From contig OZ220744.1 in NCBI GenBank assembly GCA_965116925.1, positions 4,128,001 through 4,192,000 of the forward strand: DNA of 64,000 bases, given 5' to 3'. The notes under the pieces were generated by a model. The model had not been told where the DNA came from and did no database searches. It was given only the letters and a program-made list of their open reading frames with translations. Below are positions 1-9,538 of the stretch, in pieces; within the stretch, counting starts at the first letter, position 1, and each line of letters opens with the position of its first letter. The position numbers were made by a program, and so were the translations under genes. Source of the DNA: Candidatus Poribacteria bacterium. GTDB taxonomy: Bacteria; Poribacteria; WGA-4E; PCPOR2b.

Positions 1-868
1 GACGAAGCGCATTGATGATGGTGCCCGGTTTGAAGACCTCGCCCGCCAGTTTGGCGACCACGGCTTCAAAGATATGGAGGTGCGCGAAGGAGACTACCTC
101 CGTAACTCCGAATTTGGCGGCTTGATTGGTGAGATTGAAACGGCGATGGGACGTTATACAGACAAGCAATGGAAGGCGATTTGTGATGCGATCTGGGAAG
201 GGGGACAGGATTCGGCGGTTACGGCGGAGGATGGTCCCCTCTTTGCGCGTGTCAGTACATTTGTTGAGTTGGCGAGGGATTTGAAATTGAGTTACGCCAT
301 GTCGCACTCGTGGCTCGGTGCGCCTGAAGACATTGAAGCGGACACGCAACAGATTATTCAAGCGAAAAAACTGGCATACTTACTGTGTCCAGCGGACGCA
401 CGGTTGCGGATTGTCGGGCTTGCACCTACGGGCGGGAAAACAGATCCGCAGGCTGCGGTTGCCAATGTTAAACGGTATCGGTCATTGTTACCAAACTGTC
501 CAATGGTCTTTGCGGTTGAAAATTCACGACAACCAGCAACCTTTACGCTCGATTTGGCGGTGGAGGGTGGTGCTTTGTTGACCTACGACGAGGCAAACAC
601 CTATCGCGACGATGGCACAACGGTCAACTCGCCGGAGGAATTCTGGAGCACTGTAAAAATGGAAGACCTGACGTCGGTGCATTTCAAGCAGAAAACGGCG
701 GACGGTGTTTTGACACAGGTCAGTGACGGATATGTTGATTTTGCAGCGATTGGCAAACGTTTGGTGGCAGGAGGTTATAAGGGTGACCTATTGCTCGAAA
801 ACACCCCAACAGACCAGCCTTTGGAAGATGCGGTTTCGAGCCGTGTATATCTTTCGAGCCTTTTATAA
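1..868 (+). CDS. Sugar-phosphate isomerase/epimerase-like TIM-barrel protein (5' truncated by window edge)
   Basis: Frame open from base 2; AVEN, VHFKQ, G-VDF and GY-G-LLLE motifs of the xylose isomerase/AP-endonuclease-2 barrel. Confidence 0.65.
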   Translation, partial: TKRIDDGARFEDLARQFGDHGFKDMEVREGDYLRNSEFGGLIGEIETAMGRYTDKQWKAICDAIWEGGQDSAVTAEDGPLFARVSTFVELARDLKLSYAMSHSWLGAPEDIEADTQQIIQAKKLAYLLCPADARLRIVGLAPTGGKTDPQAAVANVKRYRSLLPNCPMVFAVENSRQPATFTLDLAVEGGALLTYDEANTYRDDGTTVNSPEEFWSTVKMEDLTSVHFKQKTADGVLTQVSDGYVDFAAIGKRLVAGGYKGDLLLENTPTDQPLEDAVSSRVYLSSLL

Positions 869-1827
869 TACGCGGATCGGGAGTTGCGTTGAGTTAGGAA
901 ATTAGTGCTTGTTGACCGTACCGTGGAAGAACGGACCAGGCGGAAGCACGCAATTTCTGGGGTTGTCATAAATCGGATTGGAACGCCTGTGACCCCGAGT
1001 CCTCGACAAACGTAAAGCCGCGACGCACCGACATAGAAAAGACCGGCGAGATATTTGCTCCCTACCTTGGGGGGAACAAACGGTAGGGAGATTTGTCCGC
1101 CATGTGTGTGCCCTGACAGGACCAGATCAAATCCGTGGTGGGCGATCGATTCGATCGGTTGTGGGTTGTGCATTAGGAGGAAACGCGGTTCATCGGTCGC
1201 AGGCAGTGCCGCTAACGCACGTTCTAAATCGAAATCCCCAGCAAGGAGATCGTTGCAGCCAACGAGCCATAGACGTTCATTCCCGCGCTGTAACAGAGCG
1301 GATTCGTTCATCAATACTTTGATTCCCTCCGCTGTCAACGCATTGATTACTTCAAGACCGTCACCCTTCCAACGGTTTCGCAAGGGAGACACATCTGCAT
1401 CGTCGTTCCAGTCATCGTTCCAGTCACTGTTCCAATGGTCGTGGTTACCAAGGACGGCATAGGTGGGAATTCCAGCCTCAACGATAGTTTCACCGATAGC
1501 CTGTGCCACTGGCTGCGCATATTCCTCTTGGTACGTGATATAGTCCCCGGTCATTACGACTAGATCTGGTTGCAAACCTACGACCTGATTAAAGCAGGCT
1601 TGAAGGTAGTCCAGCGTTACAATCGAGCTGTGATGCAAATCTGTGAGTTGAACAATCGAAAATCCTTCAAAAGCGGGTGGAAGATTAGCAATCGAGATTT
1701 CGTGTTGTGTAATTTCAACCCATTGCGGTTCAATTAAACTTCCAGAATTGGTCAATGTAATTCCGCTAATCCCCATGTTGAACAATGACCGATGCAGGGA
1801 TTTGCGTTGTGCTATTTTAGATAACAT
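775..1827 (-). CDS. Metallophosphoesterase (YkuE/YaeI-like)
   Basis: DLH, TGD, GNHD, HNP and SGHTHGGQ motifs; 3' tail overlaps the convergent gene. Confidence 0.9.
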   Translation of the reverse strand: MLSKIAQRKSLHRSLFNMGISGITLTNSGSLIEPQWVEITQHEISIANLPPAFEGFSIVQLTDLHHSSIVTLDYLQACFNQVVGLQPDLVVMTGDYITYQEEYAQPVAQAIGETIVEAGIPTYAVLGNHDHWNSDWNDDWNDDADVSPLRNRWKGDGLEVINALTAEGIKVLMNESALLQRGNERLWLVGCNDLLAGDFDLERALAALPATDEPRFLLMHNPQPIESIAHHGFDLVLSGHTHGGQISLPFVPPKVGSKYLAGLFYVGASRLYVCRGLGVTGVPIRFMTTPEIACFRLVRSSTVRSTSTNFLTQRNSRSAYYKRLERYTRLETASSKGWSVGVFSSNRSPL

Positions 1828-1952
1828 GGATAGTATAAGTCCTTATTTTGCTAGATAATATAAAGAATAATATCTAATAGCATAGCATAACCCCACTATT
1901 TTTGCAAGTAGGTCTCTAAAATATCGAGGTTTTAACAATTACGGAGAAGAAG

Positions 1953-3011
1953 ATGGCATTTAGAGTCGGTGTTATCGGGTGTGGCCGCATGGCAAACACT
2001 ATCGAAGACGAACAGATAGAAAGAAGAAAACAGCGTCCTTATCGTGGCGGTTTGGCACTTCCTTACTCTCACGCAGCGGGCTACGCTGCTATAGATGAGA
2101 CGGAAATTGTCGCTGCGTGTGACATCCATGAGGGACGACTAGCGAACTTTGTGGAACGATGGGATGTTCCTGCTGCTTACACTGACTACCGTGAGATGAT
2201 TGAGAAAGAAAACCTTGATATCGTCAGTGTCACCACGCGCCCCGAACAACATGCGGAAGAGATGGTGTTCGCTGCAGAACACGGCATTAAGGGTGTTTAC
2301 GCGGAGAAACCGCTCTGTATGTCACTTGTGGAAACGGATGCTATCCGAGACGCATTTGAACGTAACGGCGTTCATTTGGAGTACGGCCCCATCTATCGTC
2401 ACTGGGCGGCCTATGAGCAAGCGCGAACCATCGCCGAAAGCGGAGAATTGGGAGAAGTCCAATCGGTACTAGGCTTTGAAGGCAAGGCACTTGAAGGTCA
2501 TTTCATTGACCTGCTGCTGTATATGCTCGGTGACCCGGAGCCGGTGTCGATTCAGGGAATTATCTCACAACTCAACCCGGCAGAGGGGGATACCTCCGGC
2601 ATGAAATTTGTCCAAGATACCTCAATCCTGTTTGCGCTGATCAAGTTTGATAACGGCACGACCGCACATGTAGCAGGCACCGGCGTTGGTAGGGAGATTG
2701 AATTGGTCTGCACTAACGGCGTCCTCCGTGTCGTGAACGATGGGGAAGCGGTGCAGATGCGGCGTCGAGATACAGCGTCGGATGCGTGGGATACGGTTTC
2801 GGTTGAGCAGGTGCCGCCGCGGAGTGGTACGGTGCATCTTATCCGTGACCTCATCCACTCAATTAAAACTGGAGAACCCGGCAAAAGCAACCTCCGGGTG
2901 ACGCTCCTCAGTCAAGACATCGGATTCGGTATTTACGAGTCCCATCTGCGCGGTGGGGTGCCCGTCAGTCCGCCTATCCCAAATCGGGAGCGGTGGGTTT
3001 TCAGTTGGTGA
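1953..3011 (+). CDS. Gfo/Idh/MocA family oxidoreductase
   Basis: N-terminal VGVIGCG Rossmann motif; EKP motif. Confidence 0.9.
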   Translation: MAFRVGVIGCGRMANTIEDEQIERRKQRPYRGGLALPYSHAAGYAAIDETEIVAACDIHEGRLANFVERWDVPAAYTDYREMIEKENLDIVSVTTRPEQHAEEMVFAAEHGIKGVYAEKPLCMSLVETDAIRDAFERNGVHLEYGPIYRHWAAYEQARTIAESGELGEVQSVLGFEGKALEGHFIDLLLYMLGDPEPVSIQGIISQLNPAEGDTSGMKFVQDTSILFALIKFDNGTTAHVAGTGVGREIELVCTNGVLRVVNDGEAVQMRRRDTASDAWDTVSVEQVPPRSGTVHLIRDLIHSIKTGEPGKSNLRVTLLSQDIGFGIYESHLRGGVPVSPPIPNRERWVFSW

Positions 3012-3040
3012 TTCCCTAATCCACTGAGTTGACCTCTTGT

Positions 3041-3718
3041 TTAGGCTGTCGAATGCTGACGTAACCGCAGCAGATCCGCGTCGGTGTAGAACGGTTCATA
3101 TTTCTCTACGAACTCAGCCAATGTCTCCTCGACAGTCGCAGTCGTGGTATCAAGGACGATTCGCTTCTGTATTAAGGACGCCTCAAATTCCTCCTCAAAC
3201 CGTTGTAGGACATGCTCAATGTCCTTCTCCTGCACAACTTGGTGGGTGTGCGGGTTGTCCTTCATCCGCTTCGCAATCACCTCTGGGGAGGCTTTGAAAA
3301 GAACCAGTACCACCCCCGGTGCACGTTCAAGGATTTTCCCCTCTATGCGTCGCGCCATCTCTGTCCGCTGCCCTTCCGGGCTTCGGAAGGGTGCCTTGCT
3401 GTTTTTCCCGCCATAACCGTAGTATAACGGTGCATAGACCGCCTCTTCAATGACCAAGCCCATCAGGTTGTGATCTGGGTTGCTATAAAAAGCCTCCGAG
3501 ACATGATACTCAATCATATATCGTTGAAGCATCTCCACTGCTTGGGGATGAAGGGTCAGCAAAGATTCTTGCGCCTCTGGCATCAACTCGCTTGAAGGAA
3601 CGCTCATATGGTCATGGAAATGACTGCTTCCGCCTAAAGTGCGTTTTGCCCATTCCAGGACTTCTGCTGCTATCGTCGATTTGCCTGCGTACTCGCATCC
3701 GACAAAAATGAGATTCAT
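3041..3718 (-). CDS. P-loop NMP/dNMP-kinase-like protein
   Basis: Walker A GCEYAGKST at N-terminus; kinase-sized; GGAGG SD upstream. Confidence 0.65.
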   Translation of the reverse strand: MNLIFVGCEYAGKSTIAAEVLEWAKRTLGGSSHFHDHMSVPSSELMPEAQESLLTLHPQAVEMLQRYMIEYHVSEAFYSNPDHNLMGLVIEEAVYAPLYYGYGGKNSKAPFRSPEGQRTEMARRIEGKILERAPGVVLVLFKASPEVIAKRMKDNPHTHQVVQEKDIEHVLQRFEEEFEASLIQKRIVLDTTTATVEETLAEFVEKYEPFYTDADLLRLRQHSTA

Positions 3719-3855
3719 GAGGATTTTCCTCCCATAATTTTGTGTGAGAACTTTGGTATCAAGCCTGCTCTGAAATAGTCACTATCCTTTTGTCATTCGG
3801 CATTATAGCAGAAAGCAAAACGGCGATCAATGTGAAAACAGCTGACAATTTTGGG

Positions 3856-3884
3856 TTGACGAGAAGGATACGTTCTGATAAAGT
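3856..3884 (+). promoter_or_regulatory. Candidate sigma70 promoter
   Basis: TTGACG-N17-TAAAGT upstream of 3946. Confidence 0.4.
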
Positions 3885-3945
3885 AGGCAAAAGAACATTA
3901 CACTATCTCCTACAATAACAACTTCATAAAAAGAGGGGGATCCAC

Positions 3946-5091
3946 ATGCCAAGAAACTGCTTTGGAGAAGAGGAACTGACCTATCTACGAGAAGTCATTG
4001 AAAGTCAAGACGCATGGCGGTGGGGACGAAGCAACTTCGTTCCGAGATTTGAGGAAGCATTTGGAGAACACCTCGGTCGGAAATATGTCCACGCTGTAAA
4101 CTCCGGGACCAGTGCCAATACGACGGCTTACGCTAGTCTGGGGTTGGAGGTAGGTGACGAAATTATCTGTCCGGCTATCGCGCCGATTTTCGTATCCTTT
4201 CCAGTCGTTGCAATTGGCTGCGTGCCTGTGTTTGCCGACGTGGATCCAAGGACACAAATTATCTCAGCTGAAGGAATTGAAGCGTGCATTACGCCACGGA
4301 CACGCGCTGTGGTCGTTGTGCATCTGTACGGTCAACCAGCGCTGATGGACGAGATTATGGCTGTCGCCAGGAAGCACGATCTCAAGGTTGTGGAGGACTG
4401 CTCGCAGTCCTACGATGCCTACTACAAGGGGCGCAAGGTCGGCACCATCGGCGATGTTGCCTGCTTCTCGATGCAGCAATCGAAGCATATCACGTCGGGC
4501 GAAGGGGGAATGATTGCCACAGATGATCCGGAACTCTATAAACGGGCGACGGAATTCTCGAACTCCGGGATGCCGTGGTATCTGTACGACTTGGAACGAC
4601 CAGAAGCGAAACCTGTCAACGGCTTGCCAACGCGGGGACATTTCTCGTTTGGTCACGATTTCCGCTTTAGTGAGCTTCAGGGTGCGGTGGCATTTGCTCA
4701 GTTGGAAAAGATTGACCGGTTCAACGCCCGGCGGCGGGAACTTGTCGAAAAGATTGAGGTAGAACTGAGTGATGTTCCGAGTGCGCGGCTGGCGTATGTC
4801 TATCCAGAGACCCAACCCAACTACTGGCTGTATCCGGTATGGGGACCCGAATCGCTGGGGTGCAGAGGTGAGATTAACTACATCGAAGTGGAGTATCAAC
4901 GTATGCAAGCGATGCGGCAGACTTCCGTCGGTGTCCCACTTCCTGACTACGTGCAGTATGTTCCCGGATCTTGTCCAAACGCAGAGAAATCGACCCGAGG
5001 CATGTGGAGCTTTTTTGTCCACCACAGCGTCGAAAACGATGAACTGGAAAAGTCGATCCGTGAATTCAAGGAAAAAGTCAAGGAGACATAA
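3946..5091 (+). CDS. DegT/DnrJ/EryC1/StrS PLP aminotransferase
   Basis: NSGT, VHLYG, EDCSQ and SKHIT-GEGG (PLP lysine) motifs. Confidence 0.92.
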   Translation: MPRNCFGEEELTYLREVIESQDAWRWGRSNFVPRFEEAFGEHLGRKYVHAVNSGTSANTTAYASLGLEVGDEIICPAIAPIFVSFPVVAIGCVPVFADVDPRTQIISAEGIEACITPRTRAVVVVHLYGQPALMDEIMAVARKHDLKVVEDCSQSYDAYYKGRKVGTIGDVACFSMQQSKHITSGEGGMIATDDPELYKRATEFSNSGMPWYLYDLERPEAKPVNGLPTRGHFSFGHDFRFSELQGAVAFAQLEKIDRFNARRRELVEKIEVELSDVPSARLAYVYPETQPNYWLYPVWGPESLGCRGEINYIEVEYQRMQAMRQTSVGVPLPDYVQYVPGSCPNAEKSTRGMWSFFVHHSVENDELEKSIREFKEKVKET

Positions 5092-5096
5092 TCGAA

Positions 5097-6119
5097 ATGT
5101 CAACGCTCGGATTGGGTATCATCGGGTTAGGAGTCGGCAAGGGTGCTCTACTTTTGAATCAGAACGCTGATAGCCCAATAAAGGTGTGTGCGGTGGCAGA
5201 CAAAGATCCAGCACTTCTAAAATTTGCACATGAGGATCATGGGATCGGATGTGTCACCGAGGACTACCGCGAGCTGCTGTCGCGGTCTGAAGTCGATGTT
5301 GTCGGCATTTTCACCCCCGACCACCTGCACGGTGAACATGCGGCGGCGGCACTAGAGGCAGGAAAACATGTCGTATGTACCAAACCGATGGTGACCACCA
5401 TGGCGGATTGTGAGCGGTTGGTGCATCTGGTGGATCGAACGGGACTTAAATTCGTTGCGGCAATGACGTGGCGCCACCTTCCGAAGATCGCCGCGGCACG
5501 TCGTGCCTTTGATAAAGGCAATCTAGGGGAAATAACGCTGATCGATACCGGCTATGTCCATGATATCCGCAGGGTCTGTGAAATTACGCCGTGGCGGGTT
5601 ACAGCACCGCAGGATTTTCTCTTTGGCGGAGGTGCTCACGCCATAGATTGCGTGCGGTGGTTTGCTGGAGATATTGACACCGTGCATGCGTTCGCTTTGA
5701 ACAGCGGTGTTATCCCAGACTATCCTATAGAAGATACGTGGATTCTCAATCTTCAGTTTACCAGCGGTGCGCTTGGACGCGTCTCTGTGATATGCAGCGC
5801 GGTCAACTCACCACCGGAGGCGCATCAGCGACTGGTGATCTACGGTACAAAAGGCACCTTAACCGGTTTAGATCTCGGCATGGACGGTGTGCTGGAACGT
5901 GAGACCTTGAATGCCGCTCCACCGGCTGACAGGGAACGTCTCATCGAAGGACATGCAAATGAACTACTGCTCTACTTTCACAAAATGGCACAATGGATCC
6001 TAGAAGACCAAGAACCCACCCCTTCTGTCCGGGATGGTGCGCGGGTTGTCGCTGTTGCCTTGGCAGCCCACGAATCCCTCTCGACTGGGCAAACTGTGAA
6101 AGTGCACAACGATTTCTGA
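5097..6119 (+). CDS. Gfo/Idh/MocA family oxidoreductase
   Basis: GIIGLG, TPDHLH and GKHV-C-KP motifs. Confidence 0.9.
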   Translation: MSTLGLGIIGLGVGKGALLLNQNADSPIKVCAVADKDPALLKFAHEDHGIGCVTEDYRELLSRSEVDVVGIFTPDHLHGEHAAAALEAGKHVVCTKPMVTTMADCERLVHLVDRTGLKFVAAMTWRHLPKIAAARRAFDKGNLGEITLIDTGYVHDIRRVCEITPWRVTAPQDFLFGGGAHAIDCVRWFAGDIDTVHAFALNSGVIPDYPIEDTWILNLQFTSGALGRVSVICSAVNSPPEAHQRLVIYGTKGTLTGLDLGMDGVLERETLNAAPPADRERLIEGHANELLLYFHKMAQWILEDQEPTPSVRDGARVVAVALAAHESLSTGQTVKVHNDF

Positions 6120-6150
6120 TTCACTTATCACACATCAGGTGTTAGGGTTC

Positions 6151-6645
6151 CTACCCGTTGTCCGGATCTCCGCTAGCGGGGTCCGATTCAATCTGGCGTG
6201 GTGAAGCGGATTCTGCTTCCTGTTTAACCAGTGCTGCTCGACCTAAAAGCACTAGGGCACACCAGCCGACTAGTCCAACAGCGGCACCGGCAGCGACCGC
6301 AATCCCGGCTGCTTTGCCCGTCTCAATTTTCTTGAACGTCTCCTCGTCGAATTCACAGGAGATACTTCTCGGATTTCGCAACGCAATGCCGCGCTTATCC
6401 TCCTTTTGCCAGTATTCGACTGTTGGCACCTTATCTCCTACCGTTCTGATGTTACCTTTCAAGGAGGGCGCGTCTACGTTTAAGGTGCTTTCGCCACGTT
6501 CACCCTCCCACACGGCTTTCACCCCTACCGTCCCTTCGCCATCTTCAAGCGGTTCGAGATTCACCCGCGTCACCACATGGTCGGTAATTGCGCGAAATGC
6601 TCTTTTGAATTTTGATGCCGATACCACCCAGTTTTCTAAAATCAT
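6151..6645 (-). CDS. Hypothetical protein with C-terminal hydrophobic segment
   Basis: AGGAGG SD upstream; one Ala/Gly-rich TM-like stretch. Confidence 0.55.
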   Translation of the reverse strand: MILENWVVSASKFKRAFRAITDHVVTRVNLEPLEDGEGTVGVKAVWEGERGESTLNVDAPSLKGNIRTVGDKVPTVEYWQKEDKRGIALRNPRSISCEFDEETFKKIETGKAAGIAVAAGAAVGLVGWCALVLLGRAALVKQEAESASPRQIESDPASGDPDNG

Positions 6646-6702
6646 GATATACCCTCCTAGTTTGATAGTGTTACTTATTACGCAACATAATTTAACCGAT
6701 AA

Positions 6703-6865
6703 TAGGAGTTACGCACTTCAGTAGGGAACGCAGATCTGCGTTCCCTACGGACTCCTTATGGAGCCTCTGCTGTAGTTGCCCGATGAATCGGGCGTTGGAG
6801 ATAGTGTCTTGCGGCGATAAATCGCCGAACTACAGGTATCTGAGTGTTCAACTGCGTAAGTCCTA
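6703..6865 (+). mobile_element. 163-bp miniature element family A, copy 1
   Basis: TIR TAGGAGTTACGCA...TGCGTAAGTCCTA; internal GTAG-led hairpins; flanking direct repeat CGATAA. Confidence 0.85.
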
Positions 6866-6873
6866 CGATAATC

Positions 6874-7281
6874 TCAACTACTGATTAGTTCCTGCTTGTA
6901 GGTGTCCACGATGGCATCGAAAATACGGTCAGGAATAAATTCCAGCTGTGAGTCCAATTCCGATTCGACATTGACCATCATACTGTGATCAAATGTATCT
7001 CGTTCTGCACAGGGATCAAAGGGCTCACCATGTACTTCAAGCATTTCGGCAAGCCTCGCTGGGGTCAAGCCCTCGGAAACTCCGTGAAGCCCGTAAGCGG
7101 TTCCCCGGTAGCCTTTGTCATAGTCTGTGCTAAGATGCTTTCGTAAGATCTCCTCCCGTGTCGCTCCCTGCGCGCCACTGTCTTCAATCTCCTCCATCGC
7201 CTCAATTGCGCGTGAATCAAGTTCAATCTGAAACGTCGTTGAAGCATCGGCAGCAGCAGTGGGATAGATTTTATACGGCAT
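6874..7281 (-). CDS. Hypothetical acidic protein
   Basis: AAGGAGG SD upstream; 135-aa ORF, family not recognised. Confidence 0.6.
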   Translation of the reverse strand: MPYKIYPTAAADASTTFQIELDSRAIEAMEEIEDSGAQGATREEILRKHLSTDYDKGYRGTAYGLHGVSEGLTPARLAEMLEVHGEPFDPCAERDTFDHSMMVNVESELDSQLEFIPDRIFDAIVDTYKQELISS

Positions 7282-7323
7282 TTACGCCTCCTTGTTCTAT
7301 TGATAATTCCGTCCGTTTACGTT

Positions 7324-8301
7324 TCAGGATAATCTTTGACGCGCTAAAGCGGCTGCCCCAATCACACCCGCGTTATCGCCAAGGGTTGCTTCGACAATCT
7401 GAACACCGTCCATTGTTGTAGGTAAAGCATACTTAGCTGCCGCTTGGCGGATCGGATCTAACAAACTATCCCCCATCGCCTCGATAACACCCCCACCGAG
7501 CACAACCATTTCAGGGTTCAAGAAATGGACAATCGAGGCGACACTAATTCCCAGATATTTCCCGGCGCGTTGCATCACCTTAATCGTCGGCTTATCGCCA
7601 CGCTTGACAGCTTTAGCAATGGCTTGACTCCGAATTTGGTCGAGTTTGCCGCCATTCAGCTTGGTGAGTATGCTTTTCTTCCCTTTTTTCAGGATGGCTT
7701 TCTGAAGTTCTTTAGTAATTGCGGTACGACTGGCAACAGCCTCTAGGCAGCCGAAATTGCCACAACCGCACCGGGGACCGTTCGCTTTCACAATCATGTG
7801 ACCGACTTCCCCCGCGGTTTTATTGACACCGTGAAAGAGTTTCCCATCTAAGATAATACCACCGCCGATTCCTGTGCCGACGAAAATCCCGACAAGATTT
7901 TTTACTCCTTGTCCGGCGCCGAAGGCATATTCACCGAGTGCCCCCACATTGACATCATTATCAACGAAGGTAGGAATGCTAAGGTTTGCTTCTAGTTTCG
8001 CTTTGAGCGGCACGTTTGACCAACCGAGGTTAGGCGCGAAGATAATGACTCCTGTCTCCGGATCAAGTGGGCCCGGCGACCCAATACCGATTGCACGAAT
8101 TTGGGAAGGTTGAAGTTCAGCACCGTCAATCGCTTCTCGTATACATCGCGCGATCCGTTTAATCACTTCATCGGACCCTTTCTTTGGCTTTGTCGCTGTT
8201 TTGGCTTGCTGAACAATTTCTCCCCTAGCATTAATAACGGCAGCTAGGATCTTCGTGCCTCCCATATCTACCCCGACAATATAATCGTTATTCACCACCA
8301 T
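7324..8301 (-). CDS. glk: ROK family sugar kinase (glucokinase-like)
   Basis: GVDMGGT, GTGIGGG and GEVGH...CGCG..GCLE motifs. Confidence 0.9.
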   Translation of the reverse strand: MVVNNDYIVGVDMGGTKILAAVINARGEIVQQAKTATKPKKGSDEVIKRIARCIREAIDGAELQPSQIRAIGIGSPGPLDPETGVIIFAPNLGWSNVPLKAKLEANLSIPTFVDNDVNVGALGEYAFGAGQGVKNLVGIFVGTGIGGGIILDGKLFHGVNKTAGEVGHMIVKANGPRCGCGNFGCLEAVASRTAITKELQKAILKKGKKSILTKLNGGKLDQIRSQAIAKAVKRGDKPTIKVMQRAGKYLGISVASIVHFLNPEMVVLGGGVIEAMGDSLLDPIRQAAAKYALPTTMDGVQIVEATLGDNAGVIGAAALARQRLS

Positions 8302-8373
8302 TTTCTGCGTCTCCTTTGCGGTCTGAATTGAGCGGTCTGCTTCTTAAATTCAGCTATGGAGAGATGGAGGCAC

Positions 8374-8886
8374 CTAAACCCCCTGAGAAGGTGCTTCTGC
8401 TACCGATTCACCTGTAACGATTTTAAGGAGTTGATCTTTGAAATCTGCCTCCTCAAGGGCATCCCACCCCTGCAAAAACGATTGATACTTTACTTTCCGC
8501 ATCTCACGGTAGCGGAGCAGGAGAGCATTGATGCCAATCGCATCGGCCTCTGTATCCCCTTGATTCGGAAGCTCTTGCAAATAATCCGTCAGAACCCTCT
8601 CGACGACATCGTAATCATGAATATCCCCCAGTTGTTCCTGCAAATCAGCCAGTATTTTCAGGAAATCTTTGAACTCCTCACCATAGTTGATGGCGAAAAA
8701 CTCCATCGAATAGCGCAGCCGCTTAATTGATATTCGCAGGTTATGAAGTTCTTTGATTTTATCCGGGTCGCGAATAAATTCCCCCCACGAGTATACTTCC
8801 TGAATCTTCACAGCAAGGATAACCTGTGCATTCCAACGATAGCTCGATTGTGGTTGAATCCCCTTTGTCTTCCACGCTTTTGCCAT
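8374..8886 (-). CDS. CHAD domain protein (C-terminal-half type)
   Basis: LHNLRISIKRLRY and LQEQLGDIHD motifs. Confidence 0.85.
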   Translation of the reverse strand: MAKAWKTKGIQPQSSYRWNAQVILAVKIQEVYSWGEFIRDPDKIKELHNLRISIKRLRYSMEFFAINYGEEFKDFLKILADLQEQLGDIHDYDVVERVLTDYLQELPNQGDTEADAIGINALLLRYREMRKVKYQSFLQGWDALEEADFKDQLLKIVTGESVAEAPSQGV

Positions 8887-8888
8887 AT

Positions 8889-9359
8889 CTATACCTTGAA
8901 AAATTTCAAGAACTTCCGCTCGAAGCTACTCTTGTCCAACTCTTCAAACATCCTAAGCATCGGCACCCGCCGCTCTTCCCGTTCTCGTTGGAGATGTCTT
9001 ACTAAGTTTTGAACACCACTCTGTGCATCTTCTGGCACCGTTTTTAGGTCTTTTTGAAAGCGATCAATCAACACATCTAAATCGCGCACGTCTCCCAGCC
9101 TGCTTGTAATCCGCTCGACCCGTTTGAAGTGCCTGCGAAACTTCTTTTTTCGGGTGAAGCAATCCGCAAAGTTTCGCATCGCAGCGCGGAGCCGTCGGGA
9201 AGCGACCCGCATATCATGAACGTACTCGATATCTGTCCCATCAATCACCCCCTCTTTGAAAGACATCATCTCATGCAGCCGGGTTGTGATAATCCTTCGT
9301 GCACATTCCTCAAGGCTTTTCTCCGGCGCAATACCTTTAACATTCTGTGCTTTTGCCAT
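8889..9359 (-). CDS. CHAD domain protein (N-terminal-half type)
   Basis: VHDMRVASRRLRA and LGDVRDLDV motifs. Confidence 0.85.
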   Translation of the reverse strand: MAKAQNVKGIAPEKSLEECARRIITTRLHEMMSFKEGVIDGTDIEYVHDMRVASRRLRAAMRNFADCFTRKKKFRRHFKRVERITSRLGDVRDLDVLIDRFQKDLKTVPEDAQSGVQNLVRHLQREREERRVPMLRMFEELDKSSFERKFLKFFKV

Positions 9360-9380
9360 ATCACTGATGATCTCCTTCTT

Positions 9381-9472
9381 CTAATTCTCCGCTTTGACGC
9401 CGATTTCTGCGATCGAATCTGATTGAACACCTGCGGTGATTTTGCCTGAAATTTTGCTTCAACTTCGATCAT
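9381..9472 (-). pseudogene. Probable CYTH-domain gene remnant
   Basis: Starts MIEVEAKF (CYTH ExExK motif); only about 110 nt remain before the CHAD gene. Confidence 0.55.
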
Positions 9473-9538
9473 TATCTGCTCGCACCGAAGATTATTAAGA
9501 GGCCCTTCCAACCGCTAAATTTAAGGTAGATTGAATAA

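Noticed and set aside
4264..5103. Long antisense ORFs (also 37875-38531, 51302-51919, 6158-6724)
   Set aside because: They shadow better-supported genes on the opposite strand and have no recognisable motifs
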